From: an uncultured Chloroflexia bacterium | GTDB lineage: Bacteria; Chloroflexota; Limnocylindria; QHBO01 | DNA length: 64,000 nucleotides | Direction: 5' to 3' | NCBI GenBank assembly: GCA_963716585.1 | Contig: CAVQTN010000002.1 | Location: forward strand, 783,906-847,905 | Shown here: positions 20,992 through 31,129 of the stretch, piece after piece | Numbering within the stretch: the first letter of the stretch is position 1 | Layout of the letters: the number at the start of each line of letters is the position of its first letter | Program-made: the position numbers and the translations under genes | The notes under the pieces: model-generated | Database searches by the model: none | What the model was told of the DNA's origin: nothing | Seen by the model: only the letters and a program-made list of their open reading frames with translations

Positions 20992-21904
20992 GCGGCCTGT
21001 GCCTCCGCTCGAGACTCTCGGCGATGCCCGGCAGGATGAAGGTCACGTCGTACAGGAACAGCCGCGGCAGGCAGAAGTAGGCGGCCGCCCCGGTGGCCAA
21101 CCAGGCGTACGGCCTCGCGCGGAACACCGCCCAGGCCGCGACGAGGACGGCCATGGCCGCAGCGCCCCAGAAGAGGAGGGGGTGGATCTGCGCCAGCGAG
21201 TTGCTCAGGCCGAACTCGGAGGCCAGCGCCGGCCGGTCGAAGAGCAGCATGGGAGCGACGAGGACAGCGGTCAGCGCCAGGGTTTCGCCCACCTTGCGCC
21301 ACTCGCCTCGCCCGGCGTAGACCAGCACGTAGAGGATCGGCACGGCCTTGAGCGAGGCGGCAAGCGCGATCCAGATGGGTCCGCTGCGGCGCTCCACGCC
21401 GAACACCAGCCAGGCGACCATCAGGCCGTGGACATTCCCGCCGGCCGCCATCCCGAAGAAGATGCCGAACATCAGCACCGCGAACGGGACCGCGGCCCGG
21501 CCACCGCTGCGCAGGACCGGCCACACCGCGCTGAACGAGGTGAGGACCAGGATCGCCGACCAGCCGATGTTGACCGCCAGCCGCGGCAGCTCGGTGAGGG
21601 GAACCCAGAGCGCCGCGAACCACGGGGCGTAGCGGTACACCGAGTTGTCGTTGGTGAGCGGCGCCAGGGTGTACGGATTGCCGGTGTTGCGCCACATCTC
21701 GCCGGCGGTCCAATACACGTTCATGTCATGCAGGTGCCAGTCCTGCAGCGCCCACACGATGTTGGCGATGGTGATCGCCACGATCACTGCCAGCGCGACC
21801 GTGCGTGCCAGCCGGATCACGCGCGACGGCAGGCGGAGTGCGCTCAGCTCACGCAGGTGCGCGGGCAGCGTGGAAAGGCTGGATTCCGACGGCCGAGTCT
21901 GCAC
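20966..21904 (-). CDS. GT87/DUF2029-like glycosyltransferase
   Basis: DMNVYW, YRYAPWFA, GNVH and SLKAVP motifs. Confidence 0.8.
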   Translation of the reverse strand: MQTRPSESSLSTLPAHLRELSALRLPSRVIRLARTVALAVIVAITIANIVWALQDWHLHDMNVYWTAGEMWRNTGNPYTLAPLTNDNSVYRYAPWFAALWVPLTELPRLAVNIGWSAILVLTSFSAVWPVLRSGGRAAVPFAVLMFGIFFGMAAGGNVHGLMVAWLVFGVERRSGPIWIALAASLKAVPILYVLVYAGRGEWRKVGETLALTAVLVAPMLLFDRPALASEFGLSNSLAQIHPLLFWGAAAMAVLVAAWAVFRARPYAWLATGAAAYFCLPRLFLYDVTFILPGIAESLERRHRPHDLAQSHG

Positions 21905-21933
21905 GGCGGGAGGCTAGCACGCGGTGCGCCCAG

Positions 21934-23100
21934 TCACCGTAGCCCGTTGGTCCCGGTTGGATCAGCCGTCAGGGCCGGCGCGATGCGGCAGTGCCGCCGC
22001 TGCGCGACCGCGCGGTAGGCCCGGTCGCCCACGAACCGGACGGGGGGCAGGCCCAGCAGCGGGGCCCACAGGAAGGAGATCGGCAGGACCTCCGCGGCAC
22101 GACGCACGGCATCGAAGCCGGCCGACGTGCCATCCGGCGTCACCAGGTGGACGGCCTCGTCGGCTGCCTGGGGCGTGATGCCATGTGCGGCCAGCACATC
22201 GGCTTCGTCGTTGCCGGCATAGGCCAGCACGTGCAGCCAGTCCAGGCGTCGCGCCCAGGCGACGGATCCCTGGCAGAAGTCGCAGGAGCGATCCCAGATC
22301 ACCAGCCGCGATGCGGGCGTCACGTCCAGGAACTGCACGTACAGCGCAAGGGTCAGGATGCCGAAGGCCAGGAACGGCAGCGGCGGGTCGAAGGTGACCA
22401 GGATGGCGAGATGCAGGCCCAGGCCGACGACGAAGGCGTTCCGTCGCCACTTCGGGATCCACAGGCCAATGGCCAGCAGCGCCTCGACCAGGACCGCCAC
22501 GATCGAGAGCACGAGCATCGCTTCGAAGCTGCGCCACGCCTGCGGAATCGCGAGCGGGCCGTCCGAGCGCAGGTACGACGCCATGACCGATCCGGACAGG
22601 TACGAGGCATTCAGCTTGGCGAGCGCCGAGAATCCGTACACCACGCTGACCTGAAAGCGGAGCAGGAAGCGTCCCCATCCGGCAGCCTCCGTCTCCCGGT
22701 GCGGGCTGAGCGCGAACCCGTTGCCGGCGCCGGCCAGCGTCAGGATCGCCACGACAGTGGTCAGCAGGTACAGGTGGTTGCTGTACAGCTGCTGGTCGGT
22801 GGCGAGGAACGTGAGCGCCAGGGCGATGAGCGCCGCGCCGGCGACGCGCGTGGAGATGCCCAGGGCAAAGGCGGCCGCCGCAACGATCCAGACCAGCATC
22901 ACGACCGGCCAGGCCGGCAGGATCGCCCAGGCGACGGGCTCGACGACCGGCAGGCGGATGAAGCCGGGAGTGCTCAGCCGCGACAGGTAGCCGCCGATTT
23001 CGAGGCTCATGACCAGTGCCGCGATCCCCACGGCTGCGCGCGTGACCCCCATCGCCCGCGCGTCGACGCGCTCGGTCACCAGGCGATGGATCAGCTGCAC
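21934..23100 (-). CDS. HTTM (vitamin K-dependent gamma-carboxylase-like) domain fused to a DCC1/DUF393 thiol-disulfide oxidoreductase
   Basis: YSNHLYL and LRFQVSVVYGFSALAKLNASYLSG (HTTM); C-terminal WDRSCDFC (DxxCxxC), GFDA and YRAVAQRRH (DCC). Confidence 0.8.
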   Translation of the reverse strand: MQLIHRLVTERVDARAMGVTRAAVGIAALVMSLEIGGYLSRLSTPGFIRLPVVEPVAWAILPAWPVVMLVWIVAAAAFALGISTRVAGAALIALALTFLATDQQLYSNHLYLLTTVVAILTLAGAGNGFALSPHRETEAAGWGRFLLRFQVSVVYGFSALAKLNASYLSGSVMASYLRSDGPLAIPQAWRSFEAMLVLSIVAVLVEALLAIGLWIPKWRRNAFVVGLGLHLAILVTFDPPLPFLAFGILTLALYVQFLDVTPASRLVIWDRSCDFCQGSVAWARRLDWLHVLAYAGNDEADVLAAHGITPQAADEAVHLVTPDGTSAGFDAVRRAAEVLPISFLWAPLLGLPPVRFVGDRAYRAVAQRRHCRIAPALTADPTGTNGLR

Positions 23101-23438
23101 GGCACACGCACCAGCTGGGTCGGTCGCAGCTGGACCAGCACGGCCCTCGCGGGTTCCATCTCGCACAGCGCATGGCCGAGTGCCTGCGAGTCGGGGATGT
23201 CCCCCCGGAGCACGGCGAGGTGTTCGGCAAGGTCGTAGGCCCGCACCGATCCATCGGCGGCCTGCAGCCAGGCCATGGGCGCCGGCTGGGCGACGCTGTA
23301 CATCTGCCAGCCGAAGCGGGCCGGGCGCGGCTGTCCGAGTGCCAACGCCGGCACCATGATCGCGAGCAGGATGAAGGCGGCGACCAGCATGGCGGTCAGC
23401 GCCCGTGGCCGGGTCCAGTGAGCCGGGGAGGCGGTCAT
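23091..23438 (-). CDS. Small membrane-anchored HTTM partner protein (115 aa)
   Basis: MTASP..., a TM helix, then RFGWQMYS; overlaps both neighbouring genes. Confidence 0.65.
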   Translation of the reverse strand: MTASPAHWTRPRALTAMLVAAFILLAIMVPALALGQPRPARFGWQMYSVAQPAPMAWLQAADGSVRAYDLAEHLAVLRGDIPDSQALGHALCEMEPARAVLVQLRPTQLVRVPCS

Positions 23439-24346
23439 GCGCTGCCCAGCTCGGCCGTCCGCAGCTCCCCGGTGCGCAGCGCCGGGTGGCGCCACCAGCC
23501 GATCAACGCGATGAGCAGCACGAAGCCGATGAACCAGGTGAGCGGTTGGGCGATGAACAGCGCGATCGGCAGCACCCATCGGGCGTTGAAACGGGCTCCG
23601 ACGGCCACCAGCACGGCACTCGCCCCGAGGCGAAGCGGCCAGGTGCCCGCCTCGAGCGATGCGACTTCGGGCGCCGCGGCGTTGTTCTGGAGGCTGCCGA
23701 ACCACTCGAACCAGAGGTGCGGCGCGATGATGAATGAGATGAGGGCGATGGCTGCCGTGACGCCCAGCGCGATCGCGAGGGACCGCCATTCGCGGCGAAC
23801 GGCGAACCAGAGCAGGCCGATCCCCGGCGTGAGCTTGGTGAGCAGGATGAACGCCCAGGACGCCGGATAGCGGAGTCCCACGACCAACGCCGCGGCGGTC
23901 AGGATCATGACGTTGCCGAACCACAGGTCGTGGTAGACCGGCGAGTAGCTCGCCGGGATGAGGAGCAGCGCCGCGGCGATGGGCCCCACCAGCCAGAGCA
24001 GCACGCCCGTGCTGATCAGCACCCAGATCGTGAAGAACGCGTCGAACGGGAGCATGCGCAGCGGCGTGAGTACCTGGAGGAACGCCGGTGAGTACAGGTA
24101 CGCGTCGCGCGTCTCGTAGAGCCCGCCGTACGGATGGGCAGCATCCGCGGCCCAGTAGGCATGCGCGTCGAACCCGCTGCTGTGGGTCAGGATCCCGGCC
24201 ACGGTCAGGATGACGATTCCCAGCGCGACCACCGTCAGCAGCGGCCGAACCTTGCGCGAGAGCCGAACAATCGAGGCGCTCAGCTCGGCGGGCAGGATGG
24301 GTGTGCGGCGCGCGCCCGCTCTCAAACCCACGACTTCGAAATTCAC
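23435..24346 (-). CDS. GT87/DUF2029-like glycosyltransferase
   Basis: DAHAYW, YLYSPAF, GNVM and LLTKLTPGIGLLWFAVRREWR motifs. Confidence 0.8.
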   Translation of the reverse strand: MNFEVVGLRAGARRTPILPAELSASIVRLSRKVRPLLTVVALGIVILTVAGILTHSSGFDAHAYWAADAAHPYGGLYETRDAYLYSPAFLQVLTPLRMLPFDAFFTIWVLISTGVLLWLVGPIAAALLLIPASYSPVYHDLWFGNVMILTAAALVVGLRYPASWAFILLTKLTPGIGLLWFAVRREWRSLAIALGVTAAIALISFIIAPHLWFEWFGSLQNNAAAPEVASLEAGTWPLRLGASAVLVAVGARFNARWVLPIALFIAQPLTWFIGFVLLIALIGWWRHPALRTGELRTAELGSA

Positions 24347-24456
24347 GACGCGAGCCTACACCGGCGCTCGGAGTCGGCGGCAATGGGACAAACGGACCGC
24401 ATGGTCCGGCGAGCGGCCAGCCGGCGCGCCGCCCTCAAATTTGCGGCGAGCGGCGC

Positions 24457-24618
24457 TCAGTGCGTCGGGACGTCGGCGCCACCTGTCTTGTCGGTGCTCG
24501 GCCGGCTCACCTTCGTCATCCGCACCCGCCCCCGGACCTTGGCCCGCGTGGCGTAGAAGAAGACGAAGATCAGGGTCGAAGCGAGGAGGAAGATGAAGAG
24601 ATAGAACTCGAAAGGCAC
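24457..24618 (-). CDS. Small single-TM membrane protein (53 aa)
   Basis: MPFEFYLFIFLLASTLIFVFFYATRAKVRGRVRMTK...; AGAGGA RBS upstream of the GTG; GC-rich third codon positions. Confidence 0.6.
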   Translation of the reverse strand: MPFEFYLFIFLLASTLIFVFFYATRAKVRGRVRMTKVSRPSTDKTGGADVPTH

Positions 24619-24722
24619 CGGATGAATCCTCTGCTTCGGACCGCGTTGCGCGCGCGATCTCCATCGGAATCGTCCGTCTGGTGCGCGGTGAGCGGAATGG
24701 CCCGATAGACCTATGTCCGGAC

Positions 24723-24758
24723 GAGCGCTTTGACTTGTAAAGCGCTCAGCCATACGAT
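24723..24758 (+). promoter_or_regulatory. Sigma70 promoter TTGACT-N17-TACGAT overlapped by inverted repeat GAGCGCTTT-N7-AAAGCGCTC
   Basis: Read directly. A GTG 7 nt after the -10 suggests a leaderless GT4 mRNA. Confidence 0.6.
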
Positions 24759-24765
24759 TTCGCGC

Positions 24766-26058
24766 GTGACTCCCAGCAGATCCCGCCTCCCATCGGCACC
24801 CGATCACGAAGGCGCCATCGGCAGCGCAGCGTACCGCCGCCACCGGCGGGCGCATCGGTCGAGGGGCCATGCCCGGCCACGCGTCCTGCAGCTGCTGGCG
24901 GCCGGTGGCAACGGCGGGGCCCAGGAGAGCTATACCGGGCTGCTCCTGCGCCTGGATCGCAGCCGCTACGACGTCCGCGCACTGTCCCTCACATCGGGCA
25001 GTGCCGTGCAGCGCCTGCGTCGCCTGGGCCTGGCCGTCGACGTGATCGACGAGCCGGACGACAGCGTCGCGGTCGCTGAGCTGGCCGCCTACCTGCGTCG
25101 CGAGGAGATCGACCTCGTCCACGCGCACATGTACCGTGCCGAGGTGGTCGGCACCCGGGCGGCGGTGGCTGCGCGCGTGCCGGTGATCATGGCCACCGTG
25201 CACTCCTCGCGCGTCCGATCCGATGCGGAAGTCGCGACCCTGGCGGCCCTCACGCGCCACATGGATCGGCTGGTGGTTCCGTCGCTCAGCATTCGGACCA
25301 AGATCGAGCTCGAGGGACGCGTCGGCGCCGAGTTCGCGGTCATCCCCAATGGCGTCGACCTGTCGCGCTTCTCCACTCCCGCTCCGCCGTGCACGCTGCG
25401 CGACGACTTCGGCATTCCCTGCGACGCGTTCCTGGCGGGCGTCGTCGCGCGGCTCGAGCCCGAGAAGGGGCACGCCCACCTGATCGACGCCTGGCCGGCG
25501 GTCGTCTCGGCGGTCGCCGATGCCTGGCTGGCGATCGTCGGCGAGGGATCGCAGGCCGATGCGCTGCGCGTGCGCGCCGCCGCCCTGCCCTTGCCGGCCG
25601 GGCGTCAGATCGTGTTCACCGGCCGCCGCGACGACATCAGCGCGTTGACCGCCGACCTCTCCGTGGCGGTCCTGCCTTCACTGCGGGAGGCCCAGGGCAT
25701 TTCGATCCTGGAAGCCATGGCCCGATGCCGCCCGGTCGTCGCTTCCGCCGTCGGCGGCATCCCCGAGGTGATCACCTCGGGCGTGGACGGGCTGCTCGTG
25801 CCGCCGGCGTCACCGCTCGCGCTGGCCGACGCATTGATCGCGCTGGCCCAGTCCCCATCGCTGCGTTCGCGGCTTGGCGCGGCGGGCCGTGCGACGGTCG
25901 TGTCCCGCTTCAGCATCGATGCGCAGGTGCTCCGCACGGAGGAGCTCTACGACGAGGAGCTGCTGCGCGCAGGGGTCCTGTCGCAATCGGAGCTTGCCCC
26001 CTCGCCGGCTCGCGGGACGCCGTCGGACCGCGGGGCACTCGAGGTGCCGCCGGTCTAG
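24766..26058 (+). CDS. GT4 family glycosyltransferase
   Basis: GGAQ, VHAH, IPNGVD, ARLEPEKGH and PSLREAQGISILEAMA..VGGIPE motifs. Confidence 0.92.
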   Translation: MTPSRSRLPSAPDHEGAIGSAAYRRHRRAHRSRGHARPRVLQLLAAGGNGGAQESYTGLLLRLDRSRYDVRALSLTSGSAVQRLRRLGLAVDVIDEPDDSVAVAELAAYLRREEIDLVHAHMYRAEVVGTRAAVAARVPVIMATVHSSRVRSDAEVATLAALTRHMDRLVVPSLSIRTKIELEGRVGAEFAVIPNGVDLSRFSTPAPPCTLRDDFGIPCDAFLAGVVARLEPEKGHAHLIDAWPAVVSAVADAWLAIVGEGSQADALRVRAAALPLPAGRQIVFTGRRDDISALTADLSVAVLPSLREAQGISILEAMARCRPVVASAVGGIPEVITSGVDGLLVPPASPLALADALIALAQSPSLRSRLGAAGRATVVSRFSIDAQVLRTEELYDEELLRAGVLSQSELAPSPARGTPSDRGALEVPPV

Positions 26059-26142
26059 CGTCGCGCGCTTGCGCAGAGCGTCGGGCGCCGCCGCGGGCCT
26101 CGGTCTTCCGCTGGATCGCGCCGGGTCGTGCCCGAGCGCCCG

Positions 26143-26598
26143 CTACGCCACGTGCCGGTCTCGGTCCCCGAGCCGCAGAATGGCCAGGATCAGGAGCTCG
26201 ATCAGCGCGTAGCCGATCAGCGCCACCAGCGCTGCCACGTCGAAGACGCTCCGACCGACCGGCCGGATGGTACCGAGCGTGAAGACGCCGCGGAACGGCG
26301 CCACGAAGGGGTCGCTGACGTTGTAGATGCCATCGACCAGGCCGTTGCCGGCGTTGGCGCCCAGCAGCAGCAGCACGATCCGCAGGATCAGCAGCACGAA
26401 CAGGATCCCGAAGAGCAGCGCCACCACGCGTCGCGCGTAGTAGAGCGGCCCCGGACCGGTCGCCACGTAGCCACGGTCCGAGTTGACGTTCACCTGGCCG
26501 CCGGGCGTGTACGCAGGCTCGACCGGGCGTTCACGCTCAACGATGCGCTCACGCTCGACCACGCTGGTATCGTCGATCGGGTCATTCGGATGTGTCAT
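26143..26598 (-). CDS. YggT family membrane protein
   Basis: LILRIVLLLLGAN..IYNVSDPFVAPFRGVF motif. Confidence 0.75.
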   Translation of the reverse strand: MTHPNDPIDDTSVVERERIVERERPVEPAYTPGGQVNVNSDRGYVATGPGPLYYARRVVALLFGILFVLLILRIVLLLLGANAGNGLVDGIYNVSDPFVAPFRGVFTLGTIRPVGRSVFDVAALVALIGYALIELLILAILRLGDRDRHVA

Positions 26599-26663
26599 GG
26601 CGCGGCGCAGTTGCAGGCCGCGTGCCAGCGCTTGCCCGCTCCGCGGCGCGTTTCGCAGCCCCG

Positions 26664-27356
26664 CTACTCGTCGAAGCCGAATTTTCCGATGAGCGGCACG
26701 AACACCACCGGCTCCCCCTCGTTCGACTCGAGGTCGCTGCCATGCCGGATGACCGTGGTGATCACCTGGTGCTCGCGCGCACCGATCGGCATCACCAGCC
26801 GACCGCCCTGCGGTTCCAGCTGCTCCAGCAGCGGCTGCGGGGCCGATGCGCCTGCCGCGGTCACCAGCACGACATCCCAGGGCGCACCCGCCGGCTGGCC
26901 GAGCGTTCCGTCACCGACGATCACCGTGACCGATCCGTACCCTGCCGCGCGCAGTCGCTTCTGCGCCTCGGCGGCCAGCTCGGCGTGGCGCTCGATGCTC
27001 GTCACCTCGGCACCAAGCTCGGCCAGGATGGCGGCCTGGTAGCCGCTCCCGGTGCCGATCTCGAGCACCCTCGCGCCCGGCCAGCCCCCCGGCGGCCGGG
27101 CGGCATCGGTCATGGCGGCGACGACGAACGGCTGGGAGATCGTCTGGCCCGATGCCAGCGGCAGCGCGCGATCCGCGTACGCGCCCGCCGCCTCGACGAA
27201 GAGGTGGCGCGGCACCTGCCGGAAGGCGCGCAGCAGCTCCGGGTCGCGGATGCCGCGGGCCTCGATCTGTTGGTGCACCATCCGCTCGCGCGCAGCAGCC
27301 GCCGGTTCCCGGCCGTGCAACCGGTGGAGGCGTGGCCGCAGACGGCTCCAGCGCAT
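26664..27356 (-). CDS. pcm: Protein-L-isoaspartate O-methyltransferase
   Basis: VPRHLFV, AYADRALP, GQTISQP, VLEIGTGSGYQAAIL and FVPLIG motifs. Confidence 0.95.
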   Translation of the reverse strand: MRWSRLRPRLHRLHGREPAAAARERMVHQQIEARGIRDPELLRAFRQVPRHLFVEAAGAYADRALPLASGQTISQPFVVAAMTDAARPPGGWPGARVLEIGTGSGYQAAILAELGAEVTSIERHAELAAEAQKRLRAAGYGSVTVIVGDGTLGQPAGAPWDVVLVTAAGASAPQPLLEQLEPQGGRLVMPIGAREHQVITTVIRHGSDLESNEGEPVVFVPLIGKFGFDE

Positions 27357-27441
27357 GTCTGACAGAACGGCCGCGCATTCGAGGCGCGGCCGCTCGTTTC
27401 AGCTCATTCCGTTGGGCGCGGGACCGGTTGCGGGCAGTGCG

Positions 27442-27714
27442 TTACGCCTGCGCAGCGCTCGCGGTGCCGCTTGCCGCCCCGCTGCGGCTCCGCGTTCGCC
27501 CGTTGCCCGACTTGGCCGCGGTCCCCTCGCCTGCGGTGCCGCCGGCCGACTCGAAGTTTCCCAGCGTGGCGGCATCCAGGACGTCGTTGAGGAGGCGGTC
27601 GGCCTTCTCGCGGACCATGCGGCGTGTCTCCTGCCCGCTGCGCGGCGCCAGCAGGATGCCGACGGCGAGGCCCATGAAGAAGAATCGAATCGCGATCTTG
27701 ACCCGGCTGAACAT
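27442..27714 (-). CDS. YtxH-like small protein
   Basis: FFMGLAVGILLAPRSGQETRR motif. Confidence 0.8.
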   Translation of the reverse strand: MFSRVKIAIRFFFMGLAVGILLAPRSGQETRRMVREKADRLLNDVLDAATLGNFESAGGTAGEGTAAKSGNGRTRSRSGAASGTASAAQA

Positions 27715-27858
27715 GCGTCAACCCTCGGTGCGTGTGCTCACTTGGAGGAAGGGCAAGAAGGATACCACCGCCTCGCGTGCGCGCCGTCCCGTGCGGCGTG
27801 CCGCGGGCCCGGCATGCCGCGGTGCGCGGTGCCGCGGCCCGTGGGCCTGCGGCCTGTC

Positions 27859-28000
27859 TTGCAGCATTTGGCCGTATCCGCCATTGGGCCATCGCCGAGG
27901 GCGTCAGACGAGCCGTTCCGTGGCTGCCGGCCCTCGGCTGCTGGCACATCAGCCATCGGGTGCATCTCCGTTGGCCGTTAGTGCCAACCGGCGCAACGGG
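27859..28000 (+). repeat. ~140-bp structured direct repeat, copy A (downstream of the HTH gene)
   Basis: Shares blocks ttgca.cat.tggccgtatccgccat.gggccat, gtggctgc.ggc, tggca.atcagccatcgg and ccgttggccgttagtgccaa with copy B. Confidence 0.8.
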
Positions 28001-28024
28001 CCGCACGGAGGCAGGGACGATGGC

Positions 28025-28702
28025 CTATAGCAGCACGATGCCGCCCGCGCCGGGATCGCGCCCCGCGCGCAGCGCGGCGAGGAGGGCTCGGGTGTCGAGC
28101 GGCAGGTCCGCGCGGAGGCTCTCGCGGATCGCCGCGAGGGTCGCTCGGTTGGCATGCGTCGCCGCCACCAGGAGCAGCAGGCGATCCAGCCCGGCGTCGC
28201 GGATCTTGGCATGCTCGCGTCGCAGCAGCGCCTGCACGTCACGCAGCCGCGTTTCCGCCGTCACACCCATCGAGACGTGCCCAACGTGTCCGACCGCGTC
28301 GAACGCCCGCAGGTCCCCGGGCATGGGCATGACCTGCTCGAGACTCCATCGGATCGACCGATGCGCCTCGGCCATCAGCTTTTCGATGAGACGCACATGC
28401 GCGATGTCGCGGATGGGCGCCCCGGTCGGAAAGCATCGGACCGAGACGTCCAGGCCCATCACCTTGCCGATCGTCGCGGCCTGCACGAAATCCGGGTATG
28501 GCGGCCTGGCGCGCTCGATCCGGCTCAGCTGTGACGCCGAGATGTCGACGATTCTGCCCAGATCCTTGAGCGTCATGCCGAGCCCGATGCGCGCCTCGCG
28601 CACCTGCTCTCCGAACTCCGCGGCGGACCGCAATCCGCGTGCGCGGCCGAGTGAAACGAGACGCTGTCGACTGGGCACAGACCAATGATCCACGTCGGGC
28701 AT
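28025..28702 (-). CDS. XRE-family HTH protein with a C-terminal restriction-endonuclease-like (PD-(D/E)xK-type) domain
   Basis: VREARIGLGMTLKDLGRIVDISASQLSRIER (HTH_3); E..DLRAFDAV..VTAETRLRD in the C-terminal domain. Confidence 0.75.
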   Translation of the reverse strand: MPDVDHWSVPSRQRLVSLGRARGLRSAAEFGEQVREARIGLGMTLKDLGRIVDISASQLSRIERARPPYPDFVQAATIGKVMGLDVSVRCFPTGAPIRDIAHVRLIEKLMAEAHRSIRWSLEQVMPMPGDLRAFDAVGHVGHVSMGVTAETRLRDVQALLRREHAKIRDAGLDRLLLLVAATHANRATLAAIRESLRADLPLDTRALLAALRAGRDPGAGGIVLL

Positions 28703-28769
28703 TGCCAGCCGGTTATCAGCGCCTTACTCCGACCGTGCGCTCGTGTACTCCGGGTTTGCTCGCGACGCT

Positions 28770-28912
28770 TTGCACCATGTGGCCGTATCCGCCATCGGGC
28801 CATTGGCGCAACGGCTAGATTGCCAGCTTGGTGGCTGCGGGCTAGCGACTCGTGGCAAATCAGCCATCGGCGGCGCTGCCGTTGGCCGTTAGTGCCAAAT
28901 GGTGCAAACGGG
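28770..28912 (+). repeat. ~140-bp structured direct repeat, copy B (upstream of the HTH gene), followed by 9-bp gcaaacggg tandem units
   Basis: Closed by tttgcaccat...atggtgcaaa; three internal tggc-N6/7-gcca hairpins. Confidence 0.8.
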
Positions 28913-28968
28913 GCAAACAGGGCAAACGGGGCAAGCGGGGATGCGGTCGTGGGCACCCACGCGTCCGC

Positions 28969-30507
<1,539 letters not shown>

Positions 30508-30619
30508 TGTGATCCTCCGCGTGCGCCGCAGGTGCGGGCAGTTCGGGTGAGCGGCAGGTCGTTCGAGTATAGGTGCCGTACGCAAAGCGTACCAGCAGGG
30601 CGCAGCAGCGACACCGGCG

Positions 30620-30868
30620 CTACGGGCTGGGTGAGACCTCCACGGAGGCACTGGGCAGCAGCGTGAAGCTCGAGCTCGGCTGAACGCTCGAGATCGGCGT
30701 GGCCGACGGCGACCCGAAGAGCCGGCTCGGCAGGCCGGCCAGCGCCAGGATCACGATCAGCACGCAGATGCCCACGACGGCAAGGATCCACGGCCGCGCC
30801 AGCGCATCGGTCTGTGGCGGCAGGGCGCCGCGATAGCCGGGAGGTCGGTCGGGTCGCTGCTCCGTCAT
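30620..30868 (-). CDS. Small membrane protein with an S/P-rich tail
   Basis: MTEQRPDRPPGYRG..WILAVVGICVLIVILALAG; ATGA overlap and GGAG RBS. Confidence 0.65.
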   Translation of the reverse strand: MTEQRPDRPPGYRGALPPQTDALARPWILAVVGICVLIVILALAGLPSRLFGSPSATPISSVQPSSSFTLLPSASVEVSPSP

Positions 30869-31101
30869 CGGTCTCCTTTGACTCTTCGTGACAGCTGCGC
30901 CAGGACCTGCGCCATCGCCAAGCGACGCTCGGGCAGCCATCGCTCAATGGCCGCCAGGCGCGCCCGCGCTTGGGCGACGCGCGCACGCTCCGCCAGCACC
31001 GATTGCACGCCGGTCACGCCCAGCGTCCAGGCGAGCAGCCCCAGCGAGATGCAGACCAGCACGGAGAGCGCAATGACCGCCAGATCGAGGATGGGTCCCA
31101 C
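30865..31101 (-). CDS. Small membrane protein with a coiled-coil tail
   Basis: N-terminal TM LAVIALSVLVCISLGLLAWTLG; coupled to the next gene. Confidence 0.6.
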   Translation of the reverse strand: MGPILDLAVIALSVLVCISLGLLAWTLGVTGVQSVLAERARVAQARARLAAIERWLPERRLAMAQVLAQLSRRVKGDR

Positions 31102-31129
31102 GCCGCCGAAGGCTAGCAGAACCTCCGGC

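Noticed and set aside
23091-23438. SdpABC-type cannibalism toxin locus
   Set aside because: No SdpC-like precursor or immunity gene nearby; the context is glycosylation.
27859-28912. CRISPR or other guide array
   Set aside because: Only two long copies separated by a gene; no regular repeat-spacer period and no cas genes.
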